A DNA stretch of 57,674 bases. It comes from an uncultured archaeon (GTDB lineage: Archaea; Altiarchaeota; Altiarchaeia; IMC4; SCGC-AAA252-I15). The notes beneath the pieces are model-generated. The model was not told where the DNA came from. It did not search any database and saw only the letters and a list, made by a program, of their open reading frames with translations. The stretch covers positions 1 to 57,674 of the forward strand of contig CABMCB010000010.1 in NCBI GenBank assembly GCA_902384455.1. The letters run 5' to 3'. The position numbers were made by a program, and so were the translations under genes. Positions 1 through 8,751 of the stretch are shown piece by piece. Every line of letters begins with the position of its first letter. Position 1 is the first letter of the stretch.

Positions 1-2
1 AC

Positions 3-308
3 CTCGTAGGAGCCAACCTCGGAGGAGCCATATTGCCGTCGCCTACTCTCATCCTCCTAGCATACTGGGGCAGTGTCTCTGAGCAACTGCGTGCTGATTT
101 AATGGAGTACGATTGCTGGGTACACGGCAGCCGCGCAGCGTTTAACTACTGGGCTGAATCTGGCCGCTGCCCGTATTCTGGTCACGGCGAACAACGCGCC
201 GCAAATTTTTGCGAGAGCAGGTATATGTGGTCAAAGGGAGTTGGAAAACTTTGCAGTCCGAAGGAGTTAATGCTCCGCTTGTTTGAAGAGAAAGGCATTA
301 AGCGATAA
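3..308 (+). CDS. Pentapeptide-repeat protein, C-terminal part (5' truncated by window edge)
   Basis: The frame is open from base 3 and reads LVGANLGGAILPSP..., the A-N-L-x-G pentapeptide pattern, continuing into ORF 33..308. Confidence 0.65.
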   Translation, partial: LVGANLGGAILPSPTLILLAYWGSVSEQLRADLMEYDCWVHGSRAAFNYWAESGRCPYSGHGEQRAANFCESRYMWSKGVGKLCSPKELMLRLFEEKGIKR

Positions 309-311
309 CAG

Positions 312-344
312 CGAGCGAGAGGGCACGAGGTGCTCTCTCACTCG
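312..344 (+). other. Intergenic stem-loop (possible processing site or terminator)
   Basis: CGAG-C-GAGAGGGCAC / GAG loop / GTGCTCTCTC-A-CTCG; no U-tract follows. Confidence 0.5.
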
Positions 345-370
345 ACGTTAGTCGAAGAAAAGAGAATAAA

Positions 371-835
371 ATGCTTAAAATAGGAGACATCGTTTTAGTA
401 GAACGAAAAGCGGAAAGTCACGAGCGCGGATGGCGAAATACGTGGGAAAAAGGAATGGACTCCGTTGTTGGAAAAACCGGCGTCGTTATCCGCTACAATA
501 AACTTCATCGCAATGTACACATCAAGGTAGACGGAAACATCGACGGCTACGGCTACCCAGATTTTGTTCTTCGCAAATTTAAGCATGCGGCGGGTATGCG
601 AATCACAAAAATTAAGCGGGCCGGGGGAAGGAGCGGACTTAAAATTTATGCCGAGGTGTCCGGGGCACACGGGAAGAATTATTTAGTCGGATACTTTCGC
701 CGCAACAATTTCCGAGGCTGGCAATGCACTTGCAAAAATTTCTTCTTTGACGCATTCAAAAAGAACCGGAACTGCAAGCATATCAAGCTGGTTCGCGCTG
801 AAACTGGACGCTACGGCGGCGGAGTACCAGAGTAA
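371..835 (+). CDS. Hypothetical protein with SH3/KOW-like N-terminus and C-terminal SWIM-type zinc finger
   Basis: WQCTCKNF...NCKHI (CxC-xn-CxH) near the C-terminus. Confidence 0.7.
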   Translation: MLKIGDIVLVERKAESHERGWRNTWEKGMDSVVGKTGVVIRYNKLHRNVHIKVDGNIDGYGYPDFVLRKFKHAAGMRITKIKRAGGRSGLKIYAEVSGAHGKNYLVGYFRRNNFRGWQCTCKNFFFDAFKKNRNCKHIKLVRAETGRYGGGVPE

Positions 836-854
836 AATTGGTACTAAAGTACTA

Positions 855-883
855 TTGACGAAAAACAGAGACAGGCTCATACT
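855..883 (+). promoter_or_regulatory. Sigma70-like promoter upstream of the large structured RNA
   Basis: TTGACG (855-860), 17-nt spacer, CATACT (878-883). Confidence 0.7.
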
Positions 884-889
884 GGTTAC

Positions 890-1503
890 AGATTAGGGAG
901 TGAGAAGCAGCCCCTGATGTGGCCCGACACTCCCACGATGTTTCTAGCAGTGACGTTATGACGTAGGCGGCAAGGCACCGCCCTCGCAAAGAGCAGGCCA
1001 GCTACTAAACTGGACGCCCCTGCACCTCTAACGTTACTGCTAGGCGCATCGAGAGCTGAACCGCTGAGGCTTCACCGAGATAGAAGCCGATTTGAGAAGC
1101 GAGTGGTGCGCCAACAATTTTCGGCGGCATCGGGAGCAAGTACCCGAGCGGGAGCGACCCCGAGCCAAGCGAGCACCGCCGAGTCGCTTTAGTATTAAAG
1201 TTTCTCGGGCAGTGAAGTGCGGCTCTTCCGTGACGGCTGCGAGGTACACCACGGCATTGGGTACGTTTGGCGGACCACTTCCGGGCAACCGGGGCGTTGA
1301 CAGCCAGCGGACGCTAATCAATGCGAAGGGTGACGAGAAACGGGCGGTTTGTACTACCTTGAAATGTCCGACGATGGGTGCGGCGAAATACCTGCTTTGG
1401 CCGAAAGCTAAAGCGTAAAGGGAAAGCGCATCGCGAACAGCGACACCCACAGGCGTTGTTAGCCTCGGCGGTAGGACGCCCGTACCAAGGTACCGGAGGC
1501 TAA
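890..1503 (+). ncRNA. Candidate large, highly structured non-coding RNA (~610 nt), family unassigned
   Basis: No convincing ORF. Many nested helices with G-U pairs: 896-902/928-934, 944-958/1029-1043, 1051-1058/1220-1227, 1068-1073/1083-1088, 1120-1127/1176-1183, a GCAA-tetraloop hairpin at 1279-1294, 1375-1380/1444-1449, 1394-1401/1407-1414 and 1459-1466/1496-1503. Confidence 0.75.
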
Positions 1504-1505
1504 TA

Positions 1506-1700
1506 ATGCCGGATTTTCTCATCACCGTACACACAGACCCTCCCCGTTCCTACGTGGTGGAGGGCGTGCCAAGTGCCGAGACCGCGTGCGCCAAACTTTT
1601 GGCTTTGCTGGGCAGCGACCCCGGTGTCGAGGTTGATGTTATCAGAACACCGCTCAACGTCAATCCAATGGAGAAGTTCCCATGCTTGTCGTCGTCATAG
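1506..1700 (+). CDS. Small hypothetical protein
   Basis: GGAGG RBS at 1495-1499 and ATG at 1506; 64 aa. Confidence 0.55.
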   Translation: MPDFLITVHTDPPRSYVVEGVPSAETACAKLLALLGSDPGVEVDVIRTPLNVNPMEKFPCLSSS

Positions 1701-1764
1701 TTTATTTAATAATCGTCGTCTGTATCATCGACATGGGCGCGGCGTCCCACAAGAAAGGGAAAAG

Positions 1765-1974
1765 ATGAACGAACATCACGCGGGGCCTTACGACGCGGAT
1801 AAATGCTATTTCTGCGGTAAATCAGGAGAGAAGAACGGCGGGAAGCACACCGCCGGATACCAGCGGCGGGAGGAGTATGCGCAACTAGGACCTTGGCGCG
1901 ACTCATGTCAGTCGTGCGCTGAGAAGCCGTATAAGCAGCCAGAGCAGTTTAAAGAGGGGGTGGCCGTTGCTTGA
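1765..1974 (+). CDS. Small zinc-binding hypothetical protein
   Basis: ATG at 1765 after AAGGGA; CYFC...CQSC motifs. Confidence 0.6.
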   Translation: MNEHHAGPYDADKCYFCGKSGEKNGGKHTAGYQRREEYAQLGPWRDSCQSCAEKPYKQPEQFKEGVAVA

Positions 1975-2134
1975 GCCATACAAAGCAAACCAGCCTGTGA
2001 CCGTGGCAGGACCCCGAGGCACCCGAGAGCCTGCTACGGTGAAGGGAATTACCCGCGCCGGTCTCATTGTTGTGCAGTGCGAAGACCGCGAGTTTCGAGT
2101 AGTGAACAAGGAAGAGTTGGAGGCGACCCAATGA
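1967..2134 (+). CDS. Small hypothetical protein (55 aa, not in ORF track)
   Basis: TTG start after GAGGGGG; MLEPYKANQPVTV...EATQ; fills the gap and overlaps the next ATG (ATGA). Confidence 0.55.
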   Translation: MLEPYKANQPVTVAGPRGTREPATVKGITRAGLIVVQCEDREFRVVNKEELEATQ

Positions 2135-2277
2135 GCAAGACATGGAAGGAACAACCGAGAAGCGGTCGGATTGATGAGACGCCACAAAAGGCTATTGACC
2201 GCTTGCAAGCGAAAGAGGCGGAGTACGACATCCGCGAAGCACTGATAATGCCAAAGGAGGCATACCGTGAACAGTAG
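2131..2277 (+). CDS. Small hypothetical protein
   Basis: GGAGG RBS; ATGA coupling to the upstream ORF. Confidence 0.5.
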   Translation: MSKTWKEQPRSGRIDETPQKAIDRLQAKEAEYDIREALIMPKEAYREQ

Positions 2278-2536
2278 ACAGCGACAGGACCTCGACAACT
2301 ACATCACCGGACATGATGGAGAAGACCAGTTTTTCAAATGCCCGGTCGAGGCATTATCAGCCCATGAACTTTTCTCTTTTAACCGTGCCCTGCCCGGTGT
2401 CTATGATTATGACCCGACAGACGATGGGCCGGAAGTGGAGACAATTCTCGCCGTCCTTATCGGCGCACAACGGGAATTGGCTAAGGAGCGTAAGGATGTC
2501 CGCGAACAAGCGGTATCCCGTGCCTTATACCAATAA
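2267..2536 (+). CDS. Hypothetical protein
   Basis: AGGAGG RBS and GTG start; 89 aa. Confidence 0.6.
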   Translation: MNSRQRQDLDNYITGHDGEDQFFKCPVEALSAHELFSFNRALPGVYDYDPTDDGPEVETILAVLIGAQRELAKERKDVREQAVSRALYQ

Positions 2537-2601
2537 TACGCGACGCCACTGTTCGCGTGGAATCTCCCCTCCCCGGTAGCCCCGGAGAAAGGAATCGAGC
2601 C

Positions 2602-2880
2602 GTGAAGCTAAAATTAGTTGAAGGCAAGGCGCGGCATTTTCGATGCCTTGGTTGTAGCAAGGAAGGTGTCGGAGGTACAGAACCGTACGAACAAGCATCG
2701 AGCGGGTTGTTGCTTGCGCCAGACCAGCGGTGGTACACTGCCGAGGACGGCATGTCTGGGCTCATAACATATTGCAGCGAGTGTGCAGCAAAAATGGTGT
2801 ACGAAGACCCAACACGAAGCGTGAGCATATTCTACGCCGATGTGTCGGGCACTCAGATTGAGCCGGAGCACTTAGAATAG
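2602..2880 (+). CDS. Hypothetical zinc-binding protein
   Basis: AAAGGA RBS and GTG at 2602; CLGC...CSEC. Confidence 0.6.
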   Translation: MKLKLVEGKARHFRCLGCSKEGVGGTEPYEQASSGLLLAPDQRWYTAEDGMSGLITYCSECAAKMVYEDPTRSVSIFYADVSGTQIEPEHLE

Positions 2881-2900
2881 CGTTGCGGACCACGAGATTT

Positions 2901-3314
2901 ATGAACAAAAACGAGAAGGCTCGCGCAAAGCGACTCATGGACAACTACAAGTTGACCGTGGAGCAGTACGAGGCTATATTGGAACATCAGGGCGGCGTGT
3001 GTTACGGTTGCGGTGAAGCCGAGCCGGTTAAGGGGAGACGCCTCTCTGTAGACCATGACCACGAGACCGGTTTGGTGCGCGGATTATTGTGCAGTCGCTG
3101 TAACCCAATTCTCGGGAAAATTGAGAACGCATACAAGCGTTTCGGACTGGGCAAGGTGCTGACATTGACAGTGGCGAAATTGCTGCTTCGATTAGCAAAA
3201 TATTTAAATGACCCACCAGCTAGTATCGCCCTTGGTTTCAGACATATAGGATATGCAGGGAGAACCGGCACTAAGAAGCACAGAAAGCTGCTCAAAAAGA
3301 TTAAGAAAGGGTGA
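2901..3314 (+). CDS. Endonuclease VII-like (His-Me finger) nuclease
   Basis: YEAILEHQGGVCYGC...LSVDHDHETGLVRGLLCSRCN, the signature of the T4 endonuclease VII family. Confidence 0.9.
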   Translation: MNKNEKARAKRLMDNYKLTVEQYEAILEHQGGVCYGCGEAEPVKGRRLSVDHDHETGLVRGLLCSRCNPILGKIENAYKRFGLGKVLTLTVAKLLLRLAKYLNDPPASIALGFRHIGYAGRTGTKKHRKLLKKIKKG

Positions 3315-3337
3315 GGTAGTTGGAACCTCTTTGGGAG
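3308..3337 (+). repeat. Conserved 30-bp element, copy 1 (putative phage regulatory site)
   Basis: AGGGTGAGGTAGTTGGAACCTCTTTGGGAG; 29/30 identical to 20024-20053. Confidence 0.85.
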
Positions 3338-3342
3338 ACGAT

Positions 3343-4080
3343 ATGACGATAAACGCCACACCACCAACCGTAGCGGCCACGGACCCACTTTCGGTGGTCG
3401 AAAACTTCGTCGGGCACTGGGTAACATTGGTGAAGGCACATGAAAAGTTACTGCTATTCGTCATCGTTTCCGCCACCCTCGTGCATCTCGGCTCCAAGGG
3501 GCTTAATATCTACGACAAGCACCTACATAACGTGGACGCACAAAACCAATCCCAAATCACCGCACTAGAAACTAAAATTGCACAAAGTGCCAAGGACCTC
3601 GCTGCGCTACAACTCACAGTAGATGCCAACGCCAAAATTTCGGAAGCCAAGATTGCCGCATCGAAGCAAAAGCTAATCGTGGCCCAGAGTAACGACGCCG
3701 CGCTGCCGTTGCCGGAACTCTCCGCGCACTGGCAGGACTTGCTCGTGCTCCCTCCGGGCAGCGTAACGCCGCAGCCTAACGGCACCGTAGCGGTCACCAC
3801 CGATGCGGCCCACACCACTGTAAACGAGCTCGAAAAGGTTTCCGCATTGGTGGAACAGAATCTTGAAACGCAGAACGAGTTGAAGGGCTGCACCAATGTA
3901 CGTGCCGCACAGTCGGGACAGATTGCCCAGCTCACCTCCGACCTCGAATTACAAAAGAAAGGCCGTGCGGAAGATGCTAAGGCTGCTGCGGTGGACCGCA
4001 AGAAATCGTGGTGGAACGGGTTCAAGTGGGGCGCAGTGGCTGGTTTCGTCGGCGGTATCATCACATTACACAAAATTTAA
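3343..4080 (+). CDS. Membrane-anchored coiled-coil protein, possibly spanin-like
   Basis: Hydrophobic N-terminal segment LLLFVIVSATLVHLG, a long Ala/Gln/Leu/Lys heptad region, and hydrophobic C-terminal WWNGFKWGAVAGFVGGII. The function is inferred. Confidence 0.45.
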   Translation: MTINATPPTVAATDPLSVVENFVGHWVTLVKAHEKLLLFVIVSATLVHLGSKGLNIYDKHLHNVDAQNQSQITALETKIAQSAKDLAALQLTVDANAKISEAKIAASKQKLIVAQSNDAALPLPELSAHWQDLLVLPPGSVTPQPNGTVAVTTDAAHTTVNELEKVSALVEQNLETQNELKGCTNVRAAQSGQIAQLTSDLELQKKGRAEDAKAAAVDRKKSWWNGFKWGAVAGFVGGIITLHKI

Positions 4081-4092
4081 GAAAGAGGTCTC

Positions 4093-5703
4093 ATGAACGT
4101 AGCGAAGATTGACAGAACGTCAACCGAAGAGGTGTCCGCTGTATTCGCGAAGCACGGTGGCAATATCCGCGCAACTGCGAAGGAGCTAGGAATCGCCCGT
4201 AGCACAGTCCGCGCAAAGTTGAAGCCGCTAGGTCATTTGAAGAAGCCCTTGGCAGCGGGAACCGTCGAAGGAACAAAGGTCATCAAAATTAAACCGCACA
4301 CATCCGGTGTGAAGCGCTACATTCTTACCTCGGCGCAGAATAACACGTTTGTGCATGAGAGCGCGTGGGCCAACCTGCTTGCGCTGGCAAGTCACTACAA
4401 CGCAGATGTTTTTGTCGGCACATATACGTATAATCAGAACGCTTTCGGTAAGCTGAGCGTGAAGCGCGGCAAGGAAAAAGAGGAGCAAAAAGACCTTTGG
4501 TATGACCCAAAGGTTGTCCCATTTATCCGGGACGAGCGCGTCGAACTAGGGAAGGGTCTCGTGTGGTGCGGGGAGATGAATACACTTCCTACTGCCGTAA
4601 ACCCCTTGGCCGGGTTTGAGTCGTACACTGGACGCTCATCCGCAATTTTTCCCCACGCCAAGCTGGCGATGCGCTCTATCGCGACGATGCAGGGTGAGGG
4701 TGTGAAGTTGAATTACACCACAGGAACTGTGACCCAGCGTAACTACATTCAGAAGCGGGAAGGATTGAAGGCCGAGTTTCACCATATCTACGGCGGGCTA
4801 CTCGTGGAGGTTAATGCTGCCGGAAATTGGTGGGTTCGTCAGTTGAACGAAGACGAAAAAGGAGTGATGCAGGACCTTGATGTCAAGGCCGATAACGGCT
4901 TCGTAACGACTGATAACCAAATTGAGTCGGTAACACACGGTGACCTGCACGGCACATTCGCTGACCCGGAGATTGTAAAGACCTCGCTCGATATGGTTGA
5001 CACATTGCGACCGAAGTTTCAGTTCCTCCACGACGTGATGGAGGGCGCATCTATAAATCCGCACCAGCGCAAGCACCCCAGTAACTTTGATAAGTTTCAC
5101 ACTTGGCTGCGCGGATACCATCGTCTAGATGCGGAGTTGAAGGAAACCGCGACCTTGCTCAATGCTTATCACCGCGATTTTGCAAAGACCGTCATCGTCG
5201 ATTCAAATCACGACGACCCGTGGTTGAAGCGTTGGTTGCAAGAGTACGACTACCGAAAGGACCCGGCGAACGCTGAGTTGCATCTCGCGTTGCAAACGTT
5301 TGTGTACCAGCAAGTTCGCAAAGGTAAGATGGTTCGAGACATTAGCGTGATAGAGCATGCGCTTCGCAAGGAAGGCTACGAGGCCCCGGCAAAGTTCTTG
5401 CTCACAGACGAATCATTCCTGACGTGCGACCGTAAGATTGAAAACGGTATGCACGGCCATCTCGGCCCTGCTGGCCGCTGGGGCTCGCCGGAGAATCTTA
5501 GCAAGATGGGGCGCAAGGCTAACACCGCTCATACCCACACATGCGGAATTTACGACGGTCTTTACGTCGCGGGAACATCATCGAAATTACGCTGGGATTA
5601 TACGAAAGGCCCCAGTTCTTGGACGAACTCACACGTCGTAACATACCCTAACGGAAAAAGAACTATAATCACCATTTTCGGTGGTAAGTGGAGGGCAGAA
5701 TGA
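4093..5703 (+). CDS. HTH-containing calcineurin-like metallophosphoesterase-fold phage protein
   Basis: N-terminal HTH GNIRATAKELGIARSTV; GDLH, HDV, SNHD, HGH and AHTHT motifs. Confidence 0.8.
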   Translation: MNVAKIDRTSTEEVSAVFAKHGGNIRATAKELGIARSTVRAKLKPLGHLKKPLAAGTVEGTKVIKIKPHTSGVKRYILTSAQNNTFVHESAWANLLALASHYNADVFVGTYTYNQNAFGKLSVKRGKEKEEQKDLWYDPKVVPFIRDERVELGKGLVWCGEMNTLPTAVNPLAGFESYTGRSSAIFPHAKLAMRSIATMQGEGVKLNYTTGTVTQRNYIQKREGLKAEFHHIYGGLLVEVNAAGNWWVRQLNEDEKGVMQDLDVKADNGFVTTDNQIESVTHGDLHGTFADPEIVKTSLDMVDTLRPKFQFLHDVMEGASINPHQRKHPSNFDKFHTWLRGYHRLDAELKETATLLNAYHRDFAKTVIVDSNHDDPWLKRWLQEYDYRKDPANAELHLALQTFVYQQVRKGKMVRDISVIEHALRKEGYEAPAKFLLTDESFLTCDRKIENGMHGHLGPAGRWGSPENLSKMGRKANTAHTHTCGIYDGLYVAGTSSKLRWDYTKGPSSWTNSHVVTYPNGKRTIITIFGGKWRAE

Positions 5704-5918
5704 GGACACCGATGGACGGCGGTAAATCGGACGGCGTACGAAAACCGAAGAGTGACCGAAAACCGAAGAACGTCATTCACATCACGTCGAAGCTAGCATG
5801 CCAGCGTTGCACGAACGAATGGGGCGTGGTAGACTTGAATCCAGAGCGCAAAATCGCGCCGTGTCCGGTATGCGGGGAACAGAACGACATCCGAGAGGCA
5901 ATTAAGAGGGCGGAATGA
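5700..5918 (+). CDS. Small zinc-ribbon protein
   Basis: CQRC...CPVC; ATGA overlap with the upstream gene. Confidence 0.65.
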   Translation: MRTPMDGGKSDGVRKPKSDRKPKNVIHITSKLACQRCTNEWGVVDLNPERKIAPCPVCGEQNDIREAIKRAE

Positions 5919-6682
5919 ATCAGCTAATTCTAGGACTCGGACACAAAGCCCGCCACGGGAAAGACTCGTTTGCTAAGGCGGTTGACCAACACTACGCTAT
6001 TCAATCCGCCGCCGCAGCGAGGCACGGTCTGGTGAACTACAAACACGTTATTATTCAGAAGCTGTCGTTCTCGGACCCACTGTATAAGGAAGTTAACAAA
6101 TGGCTCGCGACACCGGAAGGTTGTCGCTTTCGCGGTCTCGGCGGCAGTTTATTGAACGGATATACCGTAGACGAAGGCGAGGGATACGAAGAGAAAATTA
6201 CTCCGGCAGGACTTTATCTCGGGAGTAGTTGGACACGGAAGCCGGTGGTTTTGCCGTCGTGGGTAAAGGCGGATGATGTGTCCACGGACCCGAGAGCGCC
6301 TCTCGGCAAATACCCGAGCTTGTTACAATGGTGGGGCACCGAGTATCGTCGCAATAACTTCGGCCAAGACTATTGGGCGAAGCAGTGGAAAGCGAGCATC
6401 AATCCAAAGGCAAATATCGTGATTAGCCCCGACATGCGCTTCGCTAACGAACTTGAGGTCATCAAATCCGTCGGCGGATTTACTGTGGACGTGAGCCGAT
6501 TGAACGTGGACGGTACGTTGTATGTAGACCCGTCTCGCGACCCAAAGCATATTAGTGAAACGGAGTTGGACGGAGTGAATCATGACTTCCACATTAAGGT
6601 TAAAACCGGCGACCTAGTGTTGTTAGAAGAGTATGCTATCACGCTCGTACACTATTTGAGAGCGTTGAAAGGAAATAAGTAA
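5915..6682 (+). CDS. Deoxynucleoside monophosphate kinase
   Basis: GLGHKARHGKDS P-loop, FSDPLY, LQWWGTEYRR, PDMRFANE and HISE motifs. Confidence 0.85.
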   Translation: MNQLILGLGHKARHGKDSFAKAVDQHYAIQSAAAARHGLVNYKHVIIQKLSFSDPLYKEVNKWLATPEGCRFRGLGGSLLNGYTVDEGEGYEEKITPAGLYLGSSWTRKPVVLPSWVKADDVSTDPRAPLGKYPSLLQWWGTEYRRNNFGQDYWAKQWKASINPKANIVISPDMRFANELEVIKSVGGFTVDVSRLNVDGTLYVDPSRDPKHISETELDGVNHDFHIKVKTGDLVLLEEYAITLVHYLRALKGNK

Positions 6683-7227
6683 TGAGCGAGGCGTGGATTG
6701 AGACGTTTACGGGTAAGGCGTTCAATATACTGGACCCGCAGCCGGACATGGTGTGCTTGGAAGACATAGCACACTCTCTCTCCATGCTTCCTCGTTATAC
6801 CGGCCACACGAAGTTTCCATACCCGGTGGCGCAGCATCTTCGTGTCGGAAGTTATTTCATCCCCGACCCGTATAAGTATGACTATTTCTGCCATGATTTT
6901 TCGGAGGCATATCTGAATGACATGAGCCGTCCGCTGAAACACTTCACCAAATGCGGTAAGGAGTACAGGAAGATTGAAAGGCGGGTGCAGCTTTTACTCT
7001 CGGATGTCTTTGGCTTTTCTAAATCGGAGCCGAAGGCCGTGAAGCTGTATGATAATCGGATGCTTTACACGGAAAAGTTTCAGCTTAAGTCAGGCGTCAA
7101 ATTTCGTCGCGAGTGGGCCGCTGCCGAAGGCCGAGAGCCGCTGGCGGTGACACTAGTCTACAATGATTTTTGGACACAGAAGCAAATGTTTCTCGATAGA
7201 TTCGAGGAGTTAAAGGGGAAAAGGTAA
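6682..7227 (+). CDS. HD-domain phosphohydrolase (YfbR/YfdR-like 5'-deoxynucleotidase)
   Basis: IETFTG...DIAHSLS..PRYTGH...VAQH...HDFSEAYLND..RPLK. Confidence 0.85.
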   Translation: MSEAWIETFTGKAFNILDPQPDMVCLEDIAHSLSMLPRYTGHTKFPYPVAQHLRVGSYFIPDPYKYDYFCHDFSEAYLNDMSRPLKHFTKCGKEYRKIERRVQLLLSDVFGFSKSEPKAVKLYDNRMLYTEKFQLKSGVKFRREWAAAEGREPLAVTLVYNDFWTQKQMFLDRFEELKGKR

Positions 7228-7614
7228 ATGATTACTAATATCATCACGCAGGTAGCGGGACAGCAACAGCCGTCGTCGGTTATTCAAATCATCAAGTGCG
7301 ATGAATCTGGGTGCTCAAACGCGGCACAGTTCGATATACAAAACGAGAAGGACAAGGCGTTAGCGGAAAATCCGTGGTTAAGAACTTATCGCACCGTCCA
7401 AACCGGCGACGGTCGTACCTTCGGTTATTGCGGCGACGCGTGCGAAGTGAGGGCTACCGCAACTGGGAAACATAACATCCCAGAACCGTCGAAGATTATC
7501 TCTCAAGCTAGTCCCGTAGCAATCGCGGCAGCCGCGCAAGCTGTAGCTGTACAGAAGCAGTCAGAAGAAGCCCTCCGCACAGGCTCCGGCGGAAAGATTC
7601 AAATCACCGAGTAA
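7228..7614 (+). CDS. Hypothetical protein, probable zinc-binding
   Basis: CDESGC...YCGDAC. Confidence 0.6.
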   Translation: MITNIITQVAGQQQPSSVIQIIKCDESGCSNAAQFDIQNEKDKALAENPWLRTYRTVQTGDGRTFGYCGDACEVRATATGKHNIPEPSKIISQASPVAIAAAAQAVAVQKQSEEALRTGSGGKIQITE

Positions 7615-7616
7615 TT

Positions 7617-7967
7617 ATGGATTATATTATCAAGTTTACCGGCGAAGTTTCTTGGGAGGGCCAAGCCAACGGCCTTCCCGACAAGATTCACGCATTTTTG
7701 GTCTTCAAGGAATACAACCGGGAGGTGTTTGACGCAGCTATTGAAACTCAAACCGGCGCGTTTCTGCGGATGGGTGCAATGTTTGTGCAAAAGGACCAAG
7801 GCCAGATTATCGAGTTGAACAAGATGCCTCAAGACCGCATCATGGTCCCGATGCGGTGGATTGTGAGTATGGGCGTAGAAGTTGTCAACATGGTCGGTGA
7901 ACTTTCGATGCCCGATGAAGCAGGTATTGAGAGATTATCGAGCGGAGAGGAGCCGGTAAAACAGTGA
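7617..7967 (+). CDS. Hypothetical protein
   Basis: 116-aa ORF tightly packed in the operon. Confidence 0.6.
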   Translation: MDYIIKFTGEVSWEGQANGLPDKIHAFLVFKEYNREVFDAAIETQTGAFLRMGAMFVQKDQGQIIELNKMPQDRIMVPMRWIVSMGVEVVNMVGELSMPDEAGIERLSSGEEPVKQ

Positions 7968-8629
7968 TTGTAGCCGGGATGGACTTGGAATCGACTGGGC
8001 TCGATAAAGTAAAAGACAGACCCATCGAGCTAGGAGTTACGTTATGGACTACAAAATACAGCCGGGGTCTGGATTCTCAATCCATTCTGATTAAATCTGA
8101 CGGCGTCCCTGTCGTTTCAGAGATTACTGAGATAACCGGCATTACTCAAGACATGGTAGACAACTTTGGCTACGAGCCGGACGAGGCATTTGAAGTCGCG
8201 ACATCGTACGCAGACCGGGCGCAAGCGATTGTGGCATTCAACGGCAGGCGTTTTGACATTCCGATGTTTCAAGCTATGGCCAAACGTTTAAAGAGGCAGT
8301 GGCCTGACAAACTCATAATCGACCCTTTTGTGGATTTGCCTATGAGGGGACAGGAACTTATTACGATGTGCGCGAAGATGGGCATTTATTACGACCCGCA
8401 CGAGGCCGGTGCCGACGTAAATGCCATGCTTCGGCTGACGGCGAAATTTCCGTTTGACATCGTACTTGAGCGAGCGAAGTCGCCGGTAGTGGTGGTGCAA
8501 TCGAAGCAGAGTTACGGTGAAAACGAAAAGGCAAAGAAGCATAAATTTCGTTGGAATCCCGGAGAGAAAATTTGGTGGAAGGCCGTCAAAGAAATCGACA
8601 TGAGCGACTTAAACGGGGCAGTTAACTGA
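7964..8629 (+). CDS. DEDDh 3'-5' exonuclease (DnaQ-like)
   Basis: DLESTG, AFNGRRFD and HEAGADV motifs. Confidence 0.9.
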   Translation: MIVAGMDLESTGLDKVKDRPIELGVTLWTTKYSRGLDSQSILIKSDGVPVVSEITEITGITQDMVDNFGYEPDEAFEVATSYADRAQAIVAFNGRRFDIPMFQAMAKRLKRQWPDKLIIDPFVDLPMRGQELITMCAKMGIYYDPHEAGADVNAMLRLTAKFPFDIVLERAKSPVVVVQSKQSYGENEKAKKHKFRWNPGEKIWWKAVKEIDMSDLNGAVN

Positions 8630-8672
8630 GAGTTCGCTATGGTCGTTAGAGAGGACCTCTCACCAGAGGACC

Positions 8673-8701
8673 TTGACACGGAGTAAGTAGTACGGTAGAA
8701 T
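8673..8701 (+). promoter_or_regulatory. Sigma70-like promoter
   Basis: TTGACA, 17-nt spacer, TAGAAT. Confidence 0.8.
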
Positions 8702-8751
8702 AGAAGGCTGTAAATTTAAAAGGGGCTTGAACCCCGCAAAGGAAAACAAAC

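Noticed and set aside
890-1503. tmRNA, RNase P RNA, or group I/II intron identity for the large RNA
   Set aside because: No tRNA-like ends or CCA, no GAGGAAAGUCC motif, no domain V, and no interrupted gene. Only checked by eye.
1040-1534. ORFs 1092..1418 (+) and 1040..1534 (-)
   Set aside because: No RBS, atypical composition and no motifs; better explained as chance ORFs in a GC-rich structured RNA.
5915-7227. Modified-base DNA pathway (for example dZ or 7-deazaguanine)
   Set aside because: A kinase and an HD hydrolase are present, but no PurZ, Que/Dpd, thymidylate-synthase-like or hydroxymethylase gene is seen in the window.
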